A stretch of DNA of 64,000 nucleotides from a virus, in IMG/VR virus record IMGVR_UViG_3300017917_001030, positions 1 through 64,000 of that record; one strand, 5' to 3'. The notes beneath the pieces were generated by a model. The model searched no databases. It saw nothing but the letters and a program-made list of their open reading frames with translations, and was not told the DNA's origin. Positions within the stretch are counted from its first letter, which is position 1. Each line of letters begins with the position of its first letter. A program made the translations under genes and the position numbers. This document shows, in pieces, positions 8,732-19,066 of this stretch.

Positions 8732-10717
8732 ATGGCATTTCAGCTTTCACCTGGCGTACAAGTACAGGAACGAGATCTAACAACGATTGTTCCGTCTGTT
8801 GCTACTTCCGCAGGAGGTTTTGCTGGCGCCTTTCAATGGGGACCTGTTGACGAAGTTACCACTGTCGATTCTGAGAATAATTTAGTAACTTATTTCGGTG
8901 CACCTAACGATGACACTTTTGAGTCGTTTTTCACCGCAGCAAATTTTTTATCTTATGGTAACAATTTAAAACTTGTTCGTGTTGTCAATGAGGATCTAGC
9001 AAGAAACGCAACCGCAGCAACTAGTAATGTTGTTCTAAGATCGTCAGTTACCAATGCGGGATCTGATTATCTATCAAATGTTGTAGCTAATACTACTGTA
9101 ACGATTTCAACCTCTGGTACAGCACAACCTACTACAAACGCAACCGCAATTCCTACATTTGTTAATGGAAGCCTAACAGGTATTACTATTACTAATAGAG
9201 GTAGCGGTTATACTGCAGATGTAATTGCAAATACAACAATTGCCGTTGTAACTACTGGTACAGCACAACCAAACGTTACAGCAACTGCAAACCTAGCATT
9301 TACTGGCTCTGGTCCAGTATTAATCAAGAATTATACAGACTATGAAGGCAATTGGGCAGCAGGTGGTAACTATGCTGGCGAATTTGCAGCAAAGTATCCC
9401 GGTGTTCTAGGCAATTCATTAAAAGTTGTAATGACTGATGGTGCTACCTGGTCTACTGGCTGGGGTGGCGGCACATATGCTAATCAGTTTAATGGTGCTC
9501 CTGGTACTTCTGCATATGCTGCTGGCTTAGGTGGTTCTAACGACGAAATGCACGTTTTGGTCATTGATGCTACAGGTGCATGGACAGGTACTGCTAATAC
9601 AGTTCTAGAAAAATTCGCATATGTTTCCAAAGCAAAAGATGCATTGAACAGCGATGGTTCTACAAACTACTATAAAGAAGTAATTAACAGAACATCTAAT
9701 TACGTCTATGTATTAGATCACAACGTAGCTGGAACAAACTGGGGATCTTCAGCAAAGAATGTTTCTTTTGCTAATTTGAGATCCGCTCTTTCTGTTCAGT
9801 TAGAAGGCGGTGTTTCTGCAGATTCTTCCGCAAGTCTATCATCGGCCGCTGTAGTTGCCGGTTTTGATCTATTAAGAAATGATGAATTGATCGACGTAAG
9901 TTTACTAGTAGCTGGCCCATGGTCAAATACAACAATCGTAGACAACATCACTAACATTGCAGAATCCAGAAAAGATTGTGTTGCGTTTATTTCTCCCCCA
10001 CAAACAAGCGTGGTAAATATAACAAACACATCGACTCAAACAACAAACGTTATTAATTACAGAAATTCGTTAACATCTTCGAATTATGCTGTAATTGATT
10101 CTGGATGGAAGTATTTGTATGACCGTTACAACGACAAGTATCGTTGGGTTCCATTAAATGCTGATATCGCTGGTTTGTGTGCAAGAACAGACTTTGTAGC
10201 AGACCCATGGTTCTCTCCTGGTGGATTGAATAGAGGTCAGATCAAAGGTGTTGTTAAGTTGGCGTTCAATCCTACTAAGACAAACAGAGACGAATTATAC
10301 AAGAATGGTGTTAACCCTGTTGTAACATTCCCTGGTCAAGGTACAGTATTGTTCGGCGACAAGACTATGCAGGTCAAGCCAAGTGCATTTGATAGAATTA
10401 ACGTTCGTAGATTGTTTATTGTTCTAGAAAAATCAATTGCAACTGCTGCTAAGTTCCAGTTGTTTGAATTTAACGATGCGTTTACTCGTGCTCAATTTAG
10501 AAATATTGTTGAGCCATTCTTGAGAGACGTTCAAGGTCGTCGCGGTATTACAGATTTCAGAGTAGTTTGCGATGAAACAAATAATACTGGTGATGTAATT
10601 GATAGAAATGAATTTAGAGCTGACATTTATATTAAGCCTGCTCGTTCTATTAATTTCATTTCGTTGACATTCATTGCTTCAAGAACAGGCATTTCGTTTG
10701 AAGAAATTGGCGCTTAA
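8732..10717 (+). CDS. gp18: Tail sheath protein gp18
   Basis: MAFQLSPGV, FQWGP, PWFSPGG, SAFDRINVRRLF, IKPARSINFI. Confidence 0.97.
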   Translation: MAFQLSPGVQVQERDLTTIVPSVATSAGGFAGAFQWGPVDEVTTVDSENNLVTYFGAPNDDTFESFFTAANFLSYGNNLKLVRVVNEDLARNATAATSNVVLRSSVTNAGSDYLSNVVANTTVTISTSGTAQPTTNATAIPTFVNGSLTGITITNRGSGYTADVIANTTIAVVTTGTAQPNVTATANLAFTGSGPVLIKNYTDYEGNWAAGGNYAGEFAAKYPGVLGNSLKVVMTDGATWSTGWGGGTYANQFNGAPGTSAYAAGLGGSNDEMHVLVIDATGAWTGTANTVLEKFAYVSKAKDALNSDGSTNYYKEVINRTSNYVYVLDHNVAGTNWGSSAKNVSFANLRSALSVQLEGGVSADSSASLSSAAVVAGFDLLRNDELIDVSLLVAGPWSNTTIVDNITNIAESRKDCVAFISPPQTSVVNITNTSTQTTNVINYRNSLTSSNYAVIDSGWKYLYDRYNDKYRWVPLNADIAGLCARTDFVADPWFSPGGLNRGQIKGVVKLAFNPTKTNRDELYKNGVNPVVTFPGQGTVLFGDKTMQVKPSAFDRINVRRLFIVLEKSIATAAKFQLFEFNDAFTRAQFRNIVEPFLRDVQGRRGITDFRVVCDETNNTGDVIDRNEFRADIYIKPARSINFISLTFIASRTGISFEEIGA

Positions 10718-10732
10718 TAACGGAGAGGTAGA

Positions 10733-11308
10733 ATGGCAACCGAATTTAATTTAAATCAGTTTAGAACACAGCTAAAGAATGGCGGTGCTCGACCTAACCA
10801 ATTCCAGGTAAGAATTACTTTCCCGGAATATGTAGGTGAATACAAACGTAACCTTGAAGCTAGTAGCTTCTTGGTTAACGTTGCAGAACTACCAGGACAG
10901 ACTATCGGTGTTGCTCCTGTATTTTACAGAGGCAGAGAGTTTAAGCTTCCTGGCGACAAGGTATTTGCACCGTTCACATGCACAATTCTTAATGACTCAG
11001 ATATGACATTGAGAAAAGCAATAGAGCAGTGGATGAATGGTATTGAAAACGTAGAAAACAAGGTAGGTTTAACTAATCCTAGAGCTTACATGAAGCCTAT
11101 CGAAGTTCTACAGTTAGACAGAAACGGACGTGTTTTGAGAAGTTATAAATTAATTGATGCGTTCCCATCAGACATCTCTCCTGTGGGGTTAGATTTCTCT
11201 GCTAACGATACGCTTTCAACATTCTCGGTATCTTTCCAATATCAACATTTTGAATACTTTGGAATTGATGGAACTAAAGAATCTACACAATTCTTTACTG
11301 GTGTTTAA
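10733..11308 (+). CDS. gp19: Tail tube protein gp19
   Basis: GGARPNQFQV, LPGQTIG, YRGREFKLPGDK, QLDRNG; synteny. Confidence 0.95.
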   Translation: MATEFNLNQFRTQLKNGGARPNQFQVRITFPEYVGEYKRNLEASSFLVNVAELPGQTIGVAPVFYRGREFKLPGDKVFAPFTCTILNDSDMTLRKAIEQWMNGIENVENKVGLTNPRAYMKPIEVLQLDRNGRVLRSYKLIDAFPSDISPVGLDFSANDTLSTFSVSFQYQHFEYFGIDGTKESTQFFTGV

Positions 11309-11325
11309 TACAATATTTTTAAATT

Positions 11326-12867
11326 ATGGCTATTAATTTATTTGGTTATACTATATCAAAAGATAATGATATAAGTAAAGTAGCGGGGAAACAATCTTTT
11401 GTTCCCCCTACTAGTGACGATGGAACAGCAACGATTCAGGGTGGTGCTTATTATGGCACCTACCTTGATATGGATGCTACGGCGAAATCCGAAGCTGAGT
11501 TGATTACACGTTATAGAGAAGCATCTATGTATGCTGATTGTTCTAGTGCTATTGATGAAATAATTACTGAAGCAATCGCAGCAGTTGACGATGAAGATCC
11601 TGTTACTATTAATTTAGATGGTATTGATTTACCAGATACAATTAAACAACGTATCAATGACGAATTTAGAACAATCGTAAGATTACTAGATTTCAACCTT
11701 AAGGGTTTTGATATTTTCCGTCGTTGGTATATTGACGGTAGAATTTATTATCAAAAGATTATAGATCAAAAGAATCCAAAGCGTGGTATTCTTGAGCTAA
11801 GACAGATTGATCCTAGAAAAATTAGAAAAGTAAGAGAAGTAAAAAAGGAAAAGGATCAAGCTACTGGCGTAGAGATTATTAAATCTATAGATGAGTTTTT
11901 CATCTATAATGAAAAAGGCTTAATCTGGAATCCAGGTTATACAAGTCCTACTTCTGGTAGCCATCAGGGTATAAGAATTCCTGTTGATGCTATTACATAT
12001 GTTCCTTCCGGTCTAAATGACCTGGAGAAGAATACGGTATTGAGTTACCTACATAAGGCACTCAAGCCAACGAATCAGTTAAAGATGATGGAAGACTCGT
12101 TAGTGATTTATAGAATCGCTAGAGCACCTGAAAGAAGAATATTTTATATTGATGTAGGTAATTTACCTAAGTTGAAAGCGGAGCAATATTTAAAAGATAT
12201 TATGGCTCGCTATAGAAATAAGATTGTTTATGATTCTGCTACAGGCGAGATCAGAGACGATCGTAAATTTATGTCTACATTAGAAGATTTCTGGTTACCT
12301 AGACGTGAAGGTGGTAAGGGTACAGAAATTACTACATTGCCCGGCGGCGAAAATCTTGGACAGATTGAGGATATAAATTATTTTCAGAATAAGTTATATC
12401 AGGCATTAAATGTGCCAATCTCAAGAATGCAACCGCAACAGGGCATTTCTTTTGGTAGAGCAACAGAAATTACTCGTGATGAATTAAAGTTTGCTAAGTT
12501 TGTTGGTAGACTACGTAAAAAATTTAATGGATTATTTCTTGACTTGTTAAGAACCCAATTAATTTTAACTGGTGTTATTGTAGACCAGGATTGGGATGAG
12601 CTTAAAGAGCGTATAAATTTTAAATATGCACAAGATCAGTATTTCGAAGAAATGAAAGATACTGAGAATATGAGAAATAAAATTGATATTGTAAATCAGA
12701 TGCAACCATATGTTGGTACATACTTCAGTCGTAAATATGTTATGAAAAACATATTAAAGATGTCAGAAGAAGAGATCAAACAAATGGATGATGAAATTAG
12801 TCAGGAGCCAGCACCTACATTAGGTGCAGATGGTGCTCCTTTAGATCAACAGCAAGCGCAGGGGTAA
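11326..12867 (+). CDS. gp20: Portal vertex protein gp20
   Basis: RRWYIDGR, YRIARAPERRIFYIDVGNLP, EDFWLPRREGGKGTEITTLPGG, ITRDELKF. Confidence 0.97.
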   Translation: MAINLFGYTISKDNDISKVAGKQSFVPPTSDDGTATIQGGAYYGTYLDMDATAKSEAELITRYREASMYADCSSAIDEIITEAIAAVDDEDPVTINLDGIDLPDTIKQRINDEFRTIVRLLDFNLKGFDIFRRWYIDGRIYYQKIIDQKNPKRGILELRQIDPRKIRKVREVKKEKDQATGVEIIKSIDEFFIYNEKGLIWNPGYTSPTSGSHQGIRIPVDAITYVPSGLNDLEKNTVLSYLHKALKPTNQLKMMEDSLVIYRIARAPERRIFYIDVGNLPKLKAEQYLKDIMARYRNKIVYDSATGEIRDDRKFMSTLEDFWLPRREGGKGTEITTLPGGENLGQIEDINYFQNKLYQALNVPISRMQPQQGISFGRATEITRDELKFAKFVGRLRKKFNGLFLDLLRTQLILTGVIVDQDWDELKERINFKYAQDQYFEEMKDTENMRNKIDIVNQMQPYVGTYFSRKYVMKNILKMSEEEIKQMDDEISQEPAPTLGADGAPLDQQQAQG

Positions 12868-12870
12868 ATT

Positions 12871-13050
12871 ATGGATACTTCAGAAGTAATTAGATCAATG
12901 GTAGATGATATTTTAGCTGATCGTGGAAGCGATGCGCTGGAAAAATTTAATATCAGTATCAGTACAAAGTTATCAGATGCAATCGACGATAGAAAAGTAG
13001 AGATTGCATCTAGCATAGGCAAACCGCAGGTAGAAGATGAAACTGTTTAA
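12871..13050 (+). CDS. Small prohead core protein (gp67-like), 59 aa, not in the supplied ORF track
   Basis: Translated by hand: MDTSEVIRSMVDDILADRGSDALEKFNISISTKLSDAIDDRKVEIASSIGKPQVEDETV. Acidic and located directly after the portal gene. Confidence 0.65.
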   Translation: MDTSEVIRSMVDDILADRGSDALEKFNISISTKLSDAIDDRKVEIASSIGKPQVEDETV

Positions 13051-13417
13051 TACACTTAGAGAAGAAACTTTAGAAGAAAAGCTAAAGGCATCTGACCCAA
13101 CAGGCAAATGGATTTCTGATTTCGTACATTCAGACAATCCTAAGTTTGCAGGTAAATCTAAGAAAGAGCGTATTCGTATGGCGCTAGGTGCAGCCTATGC
13201 TGCAAAGCGCGCGAACGAAGAGCTTGAAATTGAAGAAGAAGTTGAACAAGTTGACGAAGTTTCTACAGAGCTTTTAGGTAGATACAAAACCGCAGCTTCT
13301 CAACAAGCTTCTGCCGCAGATAAAGCCGGCGATATTCAAAAAGCAAATAAGCGTTTTAGTGGTATTGTAAAAGCCACAAACAAGCAGTTTGCAAACGATG
13401 CAAAACAGAGCAAATAA
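13037..13417 (+). CDS. Hypothetical head-module protein (possible prohead core/internal protein)
   Basis: Sits between gp67-like and gp21. Has a Glu-rich tract (EELEIEEEVEQVDE) typical of gp21-processed internal proteins. Confidence 0.55.
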   Translation: MKLFNTLREETLEEKLKASDPTGKWISDFVHSDNPKFAGKSKKERIRMALGAAYAAKRANEELEIEEEVEQVDEVSTELLGRYKTAASQQASAADKAGDIQKANKRFSGIVKATNKQFANDAKQSK

Positions 13418-13428
13418 GAGAGGCGTAA

Positions 13429-13827
13429 ATGGCTGTCACTAAAACTATTGTCAAGCGAGTAAGACAACAGGCAGTAATCAAGTTTGTTGGCTCAGGTCAA
13501 GCCAACGTAGATTTAAATGCTGATCTAAAGACTTCTGACGAAACATTCCTTGGCTATGCTAATGCCAACGTAATGATTACGGGTATGATCTGGACTTCGA
13601 ATCCTGGTCCTATTCTAATTAAGCGTCCAGACACTGGTGCGAATGTTATGATATTATACGGCAACGATAACTGGTCTTTAAATCAGAGTTTTGGTTTCTA
13701 TGATACAAACAATACAAATGCAAATATAAATATAACTATGCCGAATGAAGGTGGTATGTTGTATTTGACTGTATCTAAGAAGTCAGGCTACAAAGAACCA
13801 GATTTGAATTTGACTGCACCTAATTAA
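13429..13827 (+). CDS. Hypothetical virion protein
   Basis: 132-aa ORF with a good RBS (GAGG) inside the head operon. Confidence 0.55.
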   Translation: MAVTKTIVKRVRQQAVIKFVGSGQANVDLNADLKTSDETFLGYANANVMITGMIWTSNPGPILIKRPDTGANVMILYGNDNWSLNQSFGFYDTNNTNANINITMPNEGGMLYLTVSKKSGYKEPDLNLTAPN

Positions 13828-13839
13828 TAAGGACAACAA

Positions 13840-14490
13840 ATGCGTTTAATTACAGAAGTAACACAAGATTTAAATTATCTTGTGGAAAATAAAAAAGGCG
13901 GCGGCAAGGATGTTTACATCGAAGGCATTTTTGCTCAAGCTGATACACCTAATCGCAATGGTAGAATCTATCCAATGTCGATTATGGAAAAGGAAATTGA
14001 AAGATACCAAAAGATCATTTCAGAAAAAAGATCTTTGGGTGAGTTAGGTCACCCACCAAATCCAACAGTTAATTTGGATAAGGTATCACACCTAATTACA
14101 TCACTTCGTTTTGAAGGAACAAATGTAATTGGTAAAGCTAAAATCCTTGATACACCAATGGGCGTTATTGCTAAGAATCTTATTGAGAACGGCGTATGCT
14201 TGGGTGTATCTACAAGAGGTTTAGGTTCCTTGAAACTAAACAAGGAAGGTGTTAACGAAGTTCAAGATGATTTCCATCTAGCAACTGTTGACATCGTAGC
14301 AGATCCTTCGGCCCCAGATGCTTTCGTGCAAGGCATTTATGAATCCGCAGAATGGATTTGCGAAAATGGCGTTTGGAAAGCTGTTGATATTGAAAAAGCC
14401 CAACAAACTTTAAATAAGGCATCGAAAGCTGAGTTAGAAGAAACTAAGCTGAAGATATTTGAAGCGTTTATGTCTAGATTGTCTAGATAA
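13840..14490 (+). CDS. gp21: Prohead protease gp21
   Basis: YIEGIF.Q, NRNGRIY, GELGHP, GVSTRGLGSL, DIVADPSAPDAFV. Confidence 0.96.
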   Translation: MRLITEVTQDLNYLVENKKGGGKDVYIEGIFAQADTPNRNGRIYPMSIMEKEIERYQKIISEKRSLGELGHPPNPTVNLDKVSHLITSLRFEGTNVIGKAKILDTPMGVIAKNLIENGVCLGVSTRGLGSLKLNKEGVNEVQDDFHLATVDIVADPSAPDAFVQGIYESAEWICENGVWKAVDIEKAQQTLNKASKAELEETKLKIFEAFMSRLSR

Positions 14491-14497
14491 TCAAACT

Positions 14498-14505
14498 TAT
14501 AAATA
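14498..14505 (+). promoter_or_regulatory. T4-type late promoter (TATAAATA) for gp22/gp23
   Basis: Exact TATAAATA 30 nt upstream of the gp22 start. Confidence 0.8.
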
Positions 14506-14534
14506 ATTAGAAACAATCCAATTAGGAGACACTA

Positions 14535-15659
14535 ATGTCAGTAGAAAGCAAAATTAAAGAACTGCTAGGGCGTGTAGATGCTAAAGCAAGTCTTGAAGAG
14601 GCTGACCAAATGGGCGCAGGTAGCGTCAATAAAGACAGCTCTATCAAACCTGCTAACAGCGGAGACGCTACTAATCCAAAGCAGGGCGACTCACAAGACG
14701 CTACTTACGAAACTCGTGAAGAAACAGAAGAGAACCAAGGTGCTAAGGCCGCTTCTTCAATTAAGAAGAATGACCTACAAGCAAAAGGCCCTGGTGCTGC
14801 TCCTAATTTCACTACAGTTGCAGATCTTTCTAGTATTCCTCAGAATACTGGTATTGTCGCTAAGGAAGAGGAAGAAGTTACAGCTGAAGACGGTCAAGAG
14901 CAAATTACAGCAGACGCTGCTAACATTGACTTGACACCAATCTTCGGTGAAGATCTATCCGAAGAATTCAAGCAAAAAGCAACATCCATTTTCGAAGCTG
15001 CAGTTATTGCACGTGTTAATTCCGAAATGGAAAAGGTTGTTACTTCTCTAGAAGAAAAGTATGCAGCTGACGTTGCAGACTACAAAGAAGGCATTGTAGA
15101 GAAGATTGATTCCTATCTTAACTACGTAGTTGAGAACTGGATGAAAGAAAATGAATTGGCTCTTGAGAACGGTCTACGCACTGAGATTGCGGAAGACTTC
15201 ATGGCCGGTTTGAAGAATCTATTTAAGGAACACTATATTGAAGTTCCTGAAGAAAAATACGATGTAATCGGTGAACTACAGGCTAAGGCAGAAACACTAG
15301 AATCTAAACTAGACGAAGCTATTAGCAGCAATGTAGAACTAAACAAAGAAGTTATTTCTTTAAAGCGTCAAGCAATTATTGAAGAAATGTCAAAAGACCT
15401 AGCAGATACCGAATCTGTTAAGTTGACTAAGCTTCTAGAAGGTGTTGACTTTGAGAACGAAGATCTTTATAGAGAGAAGATCGCTGTTATTAAGGAAAAT
15501 TATTTCCCTAAGAACACTGTTAGCGAATCCGTGAAGGGAGTTCAAACTCAACAGGCTCTAGTAGAAGATGTAGAAACACAACAAAGCAATTTTGTTGCTG
15601 ATGATACTACAGTTTCTAAATATGCCCAAGCGCTTTCAAGATCCATTAAGAGAGCTTAA
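14535..15659 (+). CDS. gp22: Prohead scaffolding protein gp22
   Basis: LSEEFKQKATSIFEAAV, YLNYVVENWMKEN, LKNLFKEHYIEVPEEK; acidic coiled coil located before the major capsid gene. Confidence 0.93.
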   Translation: MSVESKIKELLGRVDAKASLEEADQMGAGSVNKDSSIKPANSGDATNPKQGDSQDATYETREETEENQGAKAASSIKKNDLQAKGPGAAPNFTTVADLSSIPQNTGIVAKEEEEVTAEDGQEQITADAANIDLTPIFGEDLSEEFKQKATSIFEAAVIARVNSEMEKVVTSLEEKYAADVADYKEGIVEKIDSYLNYVVENWMKENELALENGLRTEIAEDFMAGLKNLFKEHYIEVPEEKYDVIGELQAKAETLESKLDEAISSNVELNKEVISLKRQAIIEEMSKDLADTESVKLTKLLEGVDFENEDLYREKIAVIKENYFPKNTVSESVKGVQTQQALVEDVETQQSNFVADDTTVSKYAQALSRSIKRA

Positions 15660-15687
15660 TAAGAGCTAATAAACAAGGAGACATTAA

Positions 15688-16998
15688 ATGTTTTTATCTG
15701 AGAATCTACAACAAAAGTGGTCTGCTATTCTAGAGCACCAAGATCTTCCTGAGATCAAGGACAGCTACAAGAAGGCAGTTACTGCTGTTCTATTGGAGAA
15801 CCAAGAAAAGTCTTTACGTGAAGAGCGTAATGCATTGTTCGAGGCAGCTCCTACAAACAACATTTCTGCTACTGGCGGTATTGACAAGTATGACCCAATT
15901 CTTATTGGTCTAGTACGTCGTGCAATGCCTAACCTAATGGCATATGACATTTGCGGCGTTCAGCCAATGACAGGACCTACAGGTTTGATCTTCGCAATGA
16001 GATCTACTTATGGTGCTGAGCGTGCTAACGTTGGCGCAGGTGGCGGTACAGCTCGTGTTGAAGCATTGTTCAACGAAGCTAATACTTCCTTCTCTGGCAA
16101 TGCTGGTGGTCACTCTGGTACAGATCCAACAAGCAGCATGACAACAGGTACAGGCGTTGCTACAGCAACAGCTGAAGCAATGGGCACTTCTGGTGGTCAG
16201 CCATTTAACGAAATGTCCTTCGCTATCGACAAGACAACAGTTACTGCTAAGAGCCGTGCATTGAAGGCTGAGTACACTGTTGAATTGGCACAAGACTTGA
16301 AGGCTATTCACGGTCTTGACGCTGAGGCAGAATTGTCTAACATTCTTTCACAAGAATTCATGTTTGAAATCAACCGTGAAATCGTTAGAACAATTTACAA
16401 GGTTGCTAAGCCAGGTTCTCCTGCAACAGCATCCGCAGGTACATTCGACTTAGACGTTGACTCTAACGGCCGCTGGTCTGTTGAGCGCTTCAAGGGTCTA
16501 TTGTTCAACATCGAACGTGATGCTAACCACATTGCACAAGATACACGTCGTGGTAAGGGTAACTTCATTGTTTGCTCTGCAGACGTAGCTTCTGCATTGG
16601 CAATGTCTGGCGTTCTAGACTATGCTCCAGCATTGAGCACAGGTCTAAATGTTGACGACACTGGCAACACATTCGCAGGTGTATTGAACGGTAGATATCG
16701 TGTTTACATTGACCCATATTCCAGCAACCTAGGCGCTGCTAACCAGTTCTATGTTGTAGGCTATAAGGGAACATCTCCATACGATGCAGGTATGTTCTAC
16801 TGCCCATACGTTCCTCTACAGATGGTTCGTGCAGTTGATCCTAACAGCTTCCAGCCAAAGATTGGCTTCAAGACACGTTATGGTTTGATTGCTAACCCAT
16901 ACGTAACAACTACAGCTGGTGGTGCTAACGATGCAGATACATTTACTGCAGATCGTAACCAGTACTACAGACGTACTCGTGTTCTAAACCTAATGTAA
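15688..16998 (+). CDS. gp23: Major capsid protein gp23
   Basis: GVQPMTGPTGLIFAMR, KSRALKAEYTVELAQDLKAIHGLDAEAELSNIL, FYCPYVPL, FQPKIGFKTRYG. Confidence 0.98.
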   Translation: MFLSENLQQKWSAILEHQDLPEIKDSYKKAVTAVLLENQEKSLREERNALFEAAPTNNISATGGIDKYDPILIGLVRRAMPNLMAYDICGVQPMTGPTGLIFAMRSTYGAERANVGAGGGTARVEALFNEANTSFSGNAGGHSGTDPTSSMTTGTGVATATAEAMGTSGGQPFNEMSFAIDKTTVTAKSRALKAEYTVELAQDLKAIHGLDAEAELSNILSQEFMFEINREIVRTIYKVAKPGSPATASAGTFDLDVDSNGRWSVERFKGLLFNIERDANHIAQDTRRGKGNFIVCSADVASALAMSGVLDYAPALSTGLNVDDTGNTFAGVLNGRYRVYIDPYSSNLGAANQFYVVGYKGTSPYDAGMFYCPYVPLQMVRAVDPNSFQPKIGFKTRYGLIANPYVTTTAGGANDADTFTADRNQYYRRTRVLNLM

Positions 16999-17039
16999 TT
17001 TTTAGGTTACCGACTAAGCCGGCGAAGATCGGCAATTCT

Positions 17040-17066
17040 AAAGGGGGAAGAAATTCCCCCTTTTTT
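17040..17066 (+). terminator. Rho-independent terminator after gp23
   Basis: AAAGGGGGAA-GAAA-TTCCCCCTTT followed by a T run. Confidence 0.9.
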
Positions 17067-17070
17067 GCCT

Positions 17071-17078
17071 TATAAATA
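17071..17078 (+). promoter_or_regulatory. T4-type late promoter (TATAAATA) for gp3
   Basis: Exact TATAAATA directly after the terminator. Confidence 0.8.
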
Positions 17079-17104
17079 TTGTATATGAACAGACAGAGGT
17101 TTAA

Positions 17105-17692
17105 ATGTATACAGCTAATATAAACGTTATCAAAGAAAACTATGTAAATAGTCTACCGAAAACGTATGATTACCTAAGACCGAACGCATTTAAGTTTACG
17201 GTTAAGGATATGCCAAATACATCTTTTACTTGTCAGTCTGCAAATATCCCAAGTCTTCAAATTGGTTCGGCAACACAGCCAACACCTTTTGTAGACATTC
17301 CTCGTATTGGTGACAAGATTAATTTTGGTGATTTTACTATCCGATTCATTATTTCGGAAGATATGTCAAATTACATAGAATTATATAACTGGATTATAGC
17401 ATTAGGGTTCCCAGAAAGTTATAATCAGTTCTCGGACCTTTTAAAGAATAGACCAGGTAGATTTCCGTTTAAAACAAACCAGAAAGGTGAAAATGAAGTT
17501 TTGGCTTACTCGGATGGAACTTTATCTATTTTAGACTCGACAAACAATCCGATAACCAATATAATATATAAGAATATATTTCCCGTGTCCTTAGAAGCTT
17601 TGGATTTTGATATCGCTTCGGCGAGTGTAGAGTATTTTACAGCAATCGCTTCATTTAAATATTCGGTATTTGAAGTGGAGCAACTTAAATAA
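17105..17692 (+). CDS. gp3: Tail completion / tube terminator gp3
   Basis: YLRPNAFKF, FTCQSANIP, IRFIISEDMSNY.ELYNWI, SDGTL.IL, FPVSL; located after gp23 as in aquatic T4-likes. Confidence 0.85.
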   Translation: MYTANINVIKENYVNSLPKTYDYLRPNAFKFTVKDMPNTSFTCQSANIPSLQIGSATQPTPFVDIPRIGDKINFGDFTIRFIISEDMSNYIELYNWIIALGFPESYNQFSDLLKNRPGRFPFKTNQKGENEVLAYSDGTLSILDSTNNPITNIIYKNIFPVSLEALDFDIASASVEYFTAIASFKYSVFEVEQLK

Positions 17693-17704
17693 AATGGAGA
17701 TTTT

Positions 17705-18619
17705 ATGCAAAATGAAAACAACGGAAAAGTTATCAACACTGTTCCAAAAATAAAGGTACCTAAGTTTAACGCAGCCGCAGTCCCTCAGCCGCCTGTTGCT
17801 CCGCCCCAACAACAAGACGGCAGACTACAGATCAATATTGATGATCTGAGAAAAGAAAAGATCTTTATTGCTACTCCTTGTTATGGTGGTATGCTTACTG
17901 AGGCATACTTCCGTTCGATGGTTCGAACCTTGACCTTTTTCAATCAACATCAAATTACTATCGCATTCGGTACTATTGCAAACGAATCTCTAGTTACACG
18001 GGCACGTAACGTTCTTGTTGCATACTTCTTGCAAAGCAACTTTACACGATTGCTGTTTATTGATGCAGACATCGAATTCCAAGTTGAAGATGTTCTTAAG
18101 TTGATTGCTCATAACAAAGATGTTTGTGTTGGCGCATATCCTAAGAAGGGTGTTAACTGGCAGCGTATCAAAGATATGATTCTCACACGTGAGAGCAAAG
18201 ACATGTCTGATAGAGAAATCGCAGCAGCAGGTAGCGACTATGCAATTAACTTTAAATTTGTAAATCGCGAATTGAAGCAGATTGCTATTGAAAGCGGTGT
18301 AATTAAATTGCACGACGGAGCTACAGGATTCATGATGATTAAGCGTGAAGCTATCGACAAGATGATCGCAGCATATCCTGAGTTGAAGTACAACAATGAC
18401 TTGAATACACCTCCAGAATTGCAAGATTATTTCTATGCATTCTTCGATACAATGATTGATCCTAAAGACAAGCGTTACCTATCTGAAGACTACACCTTTA
18501 GTCGCAGATGGCAAGATATCGGCGGAGATATTTGGCTTGATCCAACCATCTCGTTGAATCACTTCGGTTCTTTCAACTTCCAAGGTAATCCATCGCAGAT
18601 TATTCAAATTAATAGATAA
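17705..18619 (+). CDS. GT-A-fold glycosyltransferase-like protein
   Basis: IFIATPCYGG, ESLVTRARN, LLFIDADI (DxD), GAYPKK, TGFMMIKR, YLSEDYTF. Confidence 0.65.
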   Translation: MQNENNGKVINTVPKIKVPKFNAAAVPQPPVAPPQQQDGRLQINIDDLRKEKIFIATPCYGGMLTEAYFRSMVRTLTFFNQHQITIAFGTIANESLVTRARNVLVAYFLQSNFTRLLFIDADIEFQVEDVLKLIAHNKDVCVGAYPKKGVNWQRIKDMILTRESKDMSDREIAAAGSDYAINFKFVNRELKQIAIESGVIKLHDGATGFMMIKREAIDKMIAAYPELKYNNDLNTPPELQDYFYAFFDTMIDPKDKRYLSEDYTFSRRWQDIGGDIWLDPTISLNHFGSFNFQGNPSQIIQINR

Positions 18620-19059
18620 TGAAACTTAGTGAGCTACAGGAGCAGTGGGCTAAGGACTGCAAGATTGATGAAACTAATCTAGGTCATGAATCAGCCCGCA
18701 CTCCTCTTTTACATTCTAAATATCTTAATTACCTCAGCTCTACAAGATTGAATCTTCGTAAAGCTGAGTCTGATTATCTCAATATGCGACGCAAAAAGTA
18801 TCGCTACTATAGAGGTGAAATGACTCAGGCTGAACTTGACGAAGAAGAATGGAGCCAATGGCAAGGAAACAAACCATTAAAAAATGAAATGGATGAATTC
18901 TTGCAGGTTGATACTGATCTTGTAGCGCTTCAGGATAAGATAGAATATTTTAAAACAGTACTTTATCAACTAGAGCAAATCATCAGATCGCTAAATAGTA
19001 GAACTTGGGACATAAAGAATAGTATCGAATGGACAAAGTTTACTAACGGTATGATGTAA
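18619..19059 (+). CDS. uvsY: Recombination mediator UvsY
   Basis: W.KDCKID, LHSKYL, KYRYYRGE, RTWDIKNSIEW.KF; upstream of uvsW. Confidence 0.9.
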   Translation: MKLSELQEQWAKDCKIDETNLGHESARTPLLHSKYLNYLSSTRLNLRKAESDYLNMRRKKYRYYRGEMTQAELDEEEWSQWQGNKPLKNEMDEFLQVDTDLVALQDKIEYFKTVLYQLEQIIRSLNSRTWDIKNSIEWTKFTNGMM

Positions 19060-19066
19060 TCGAAAA

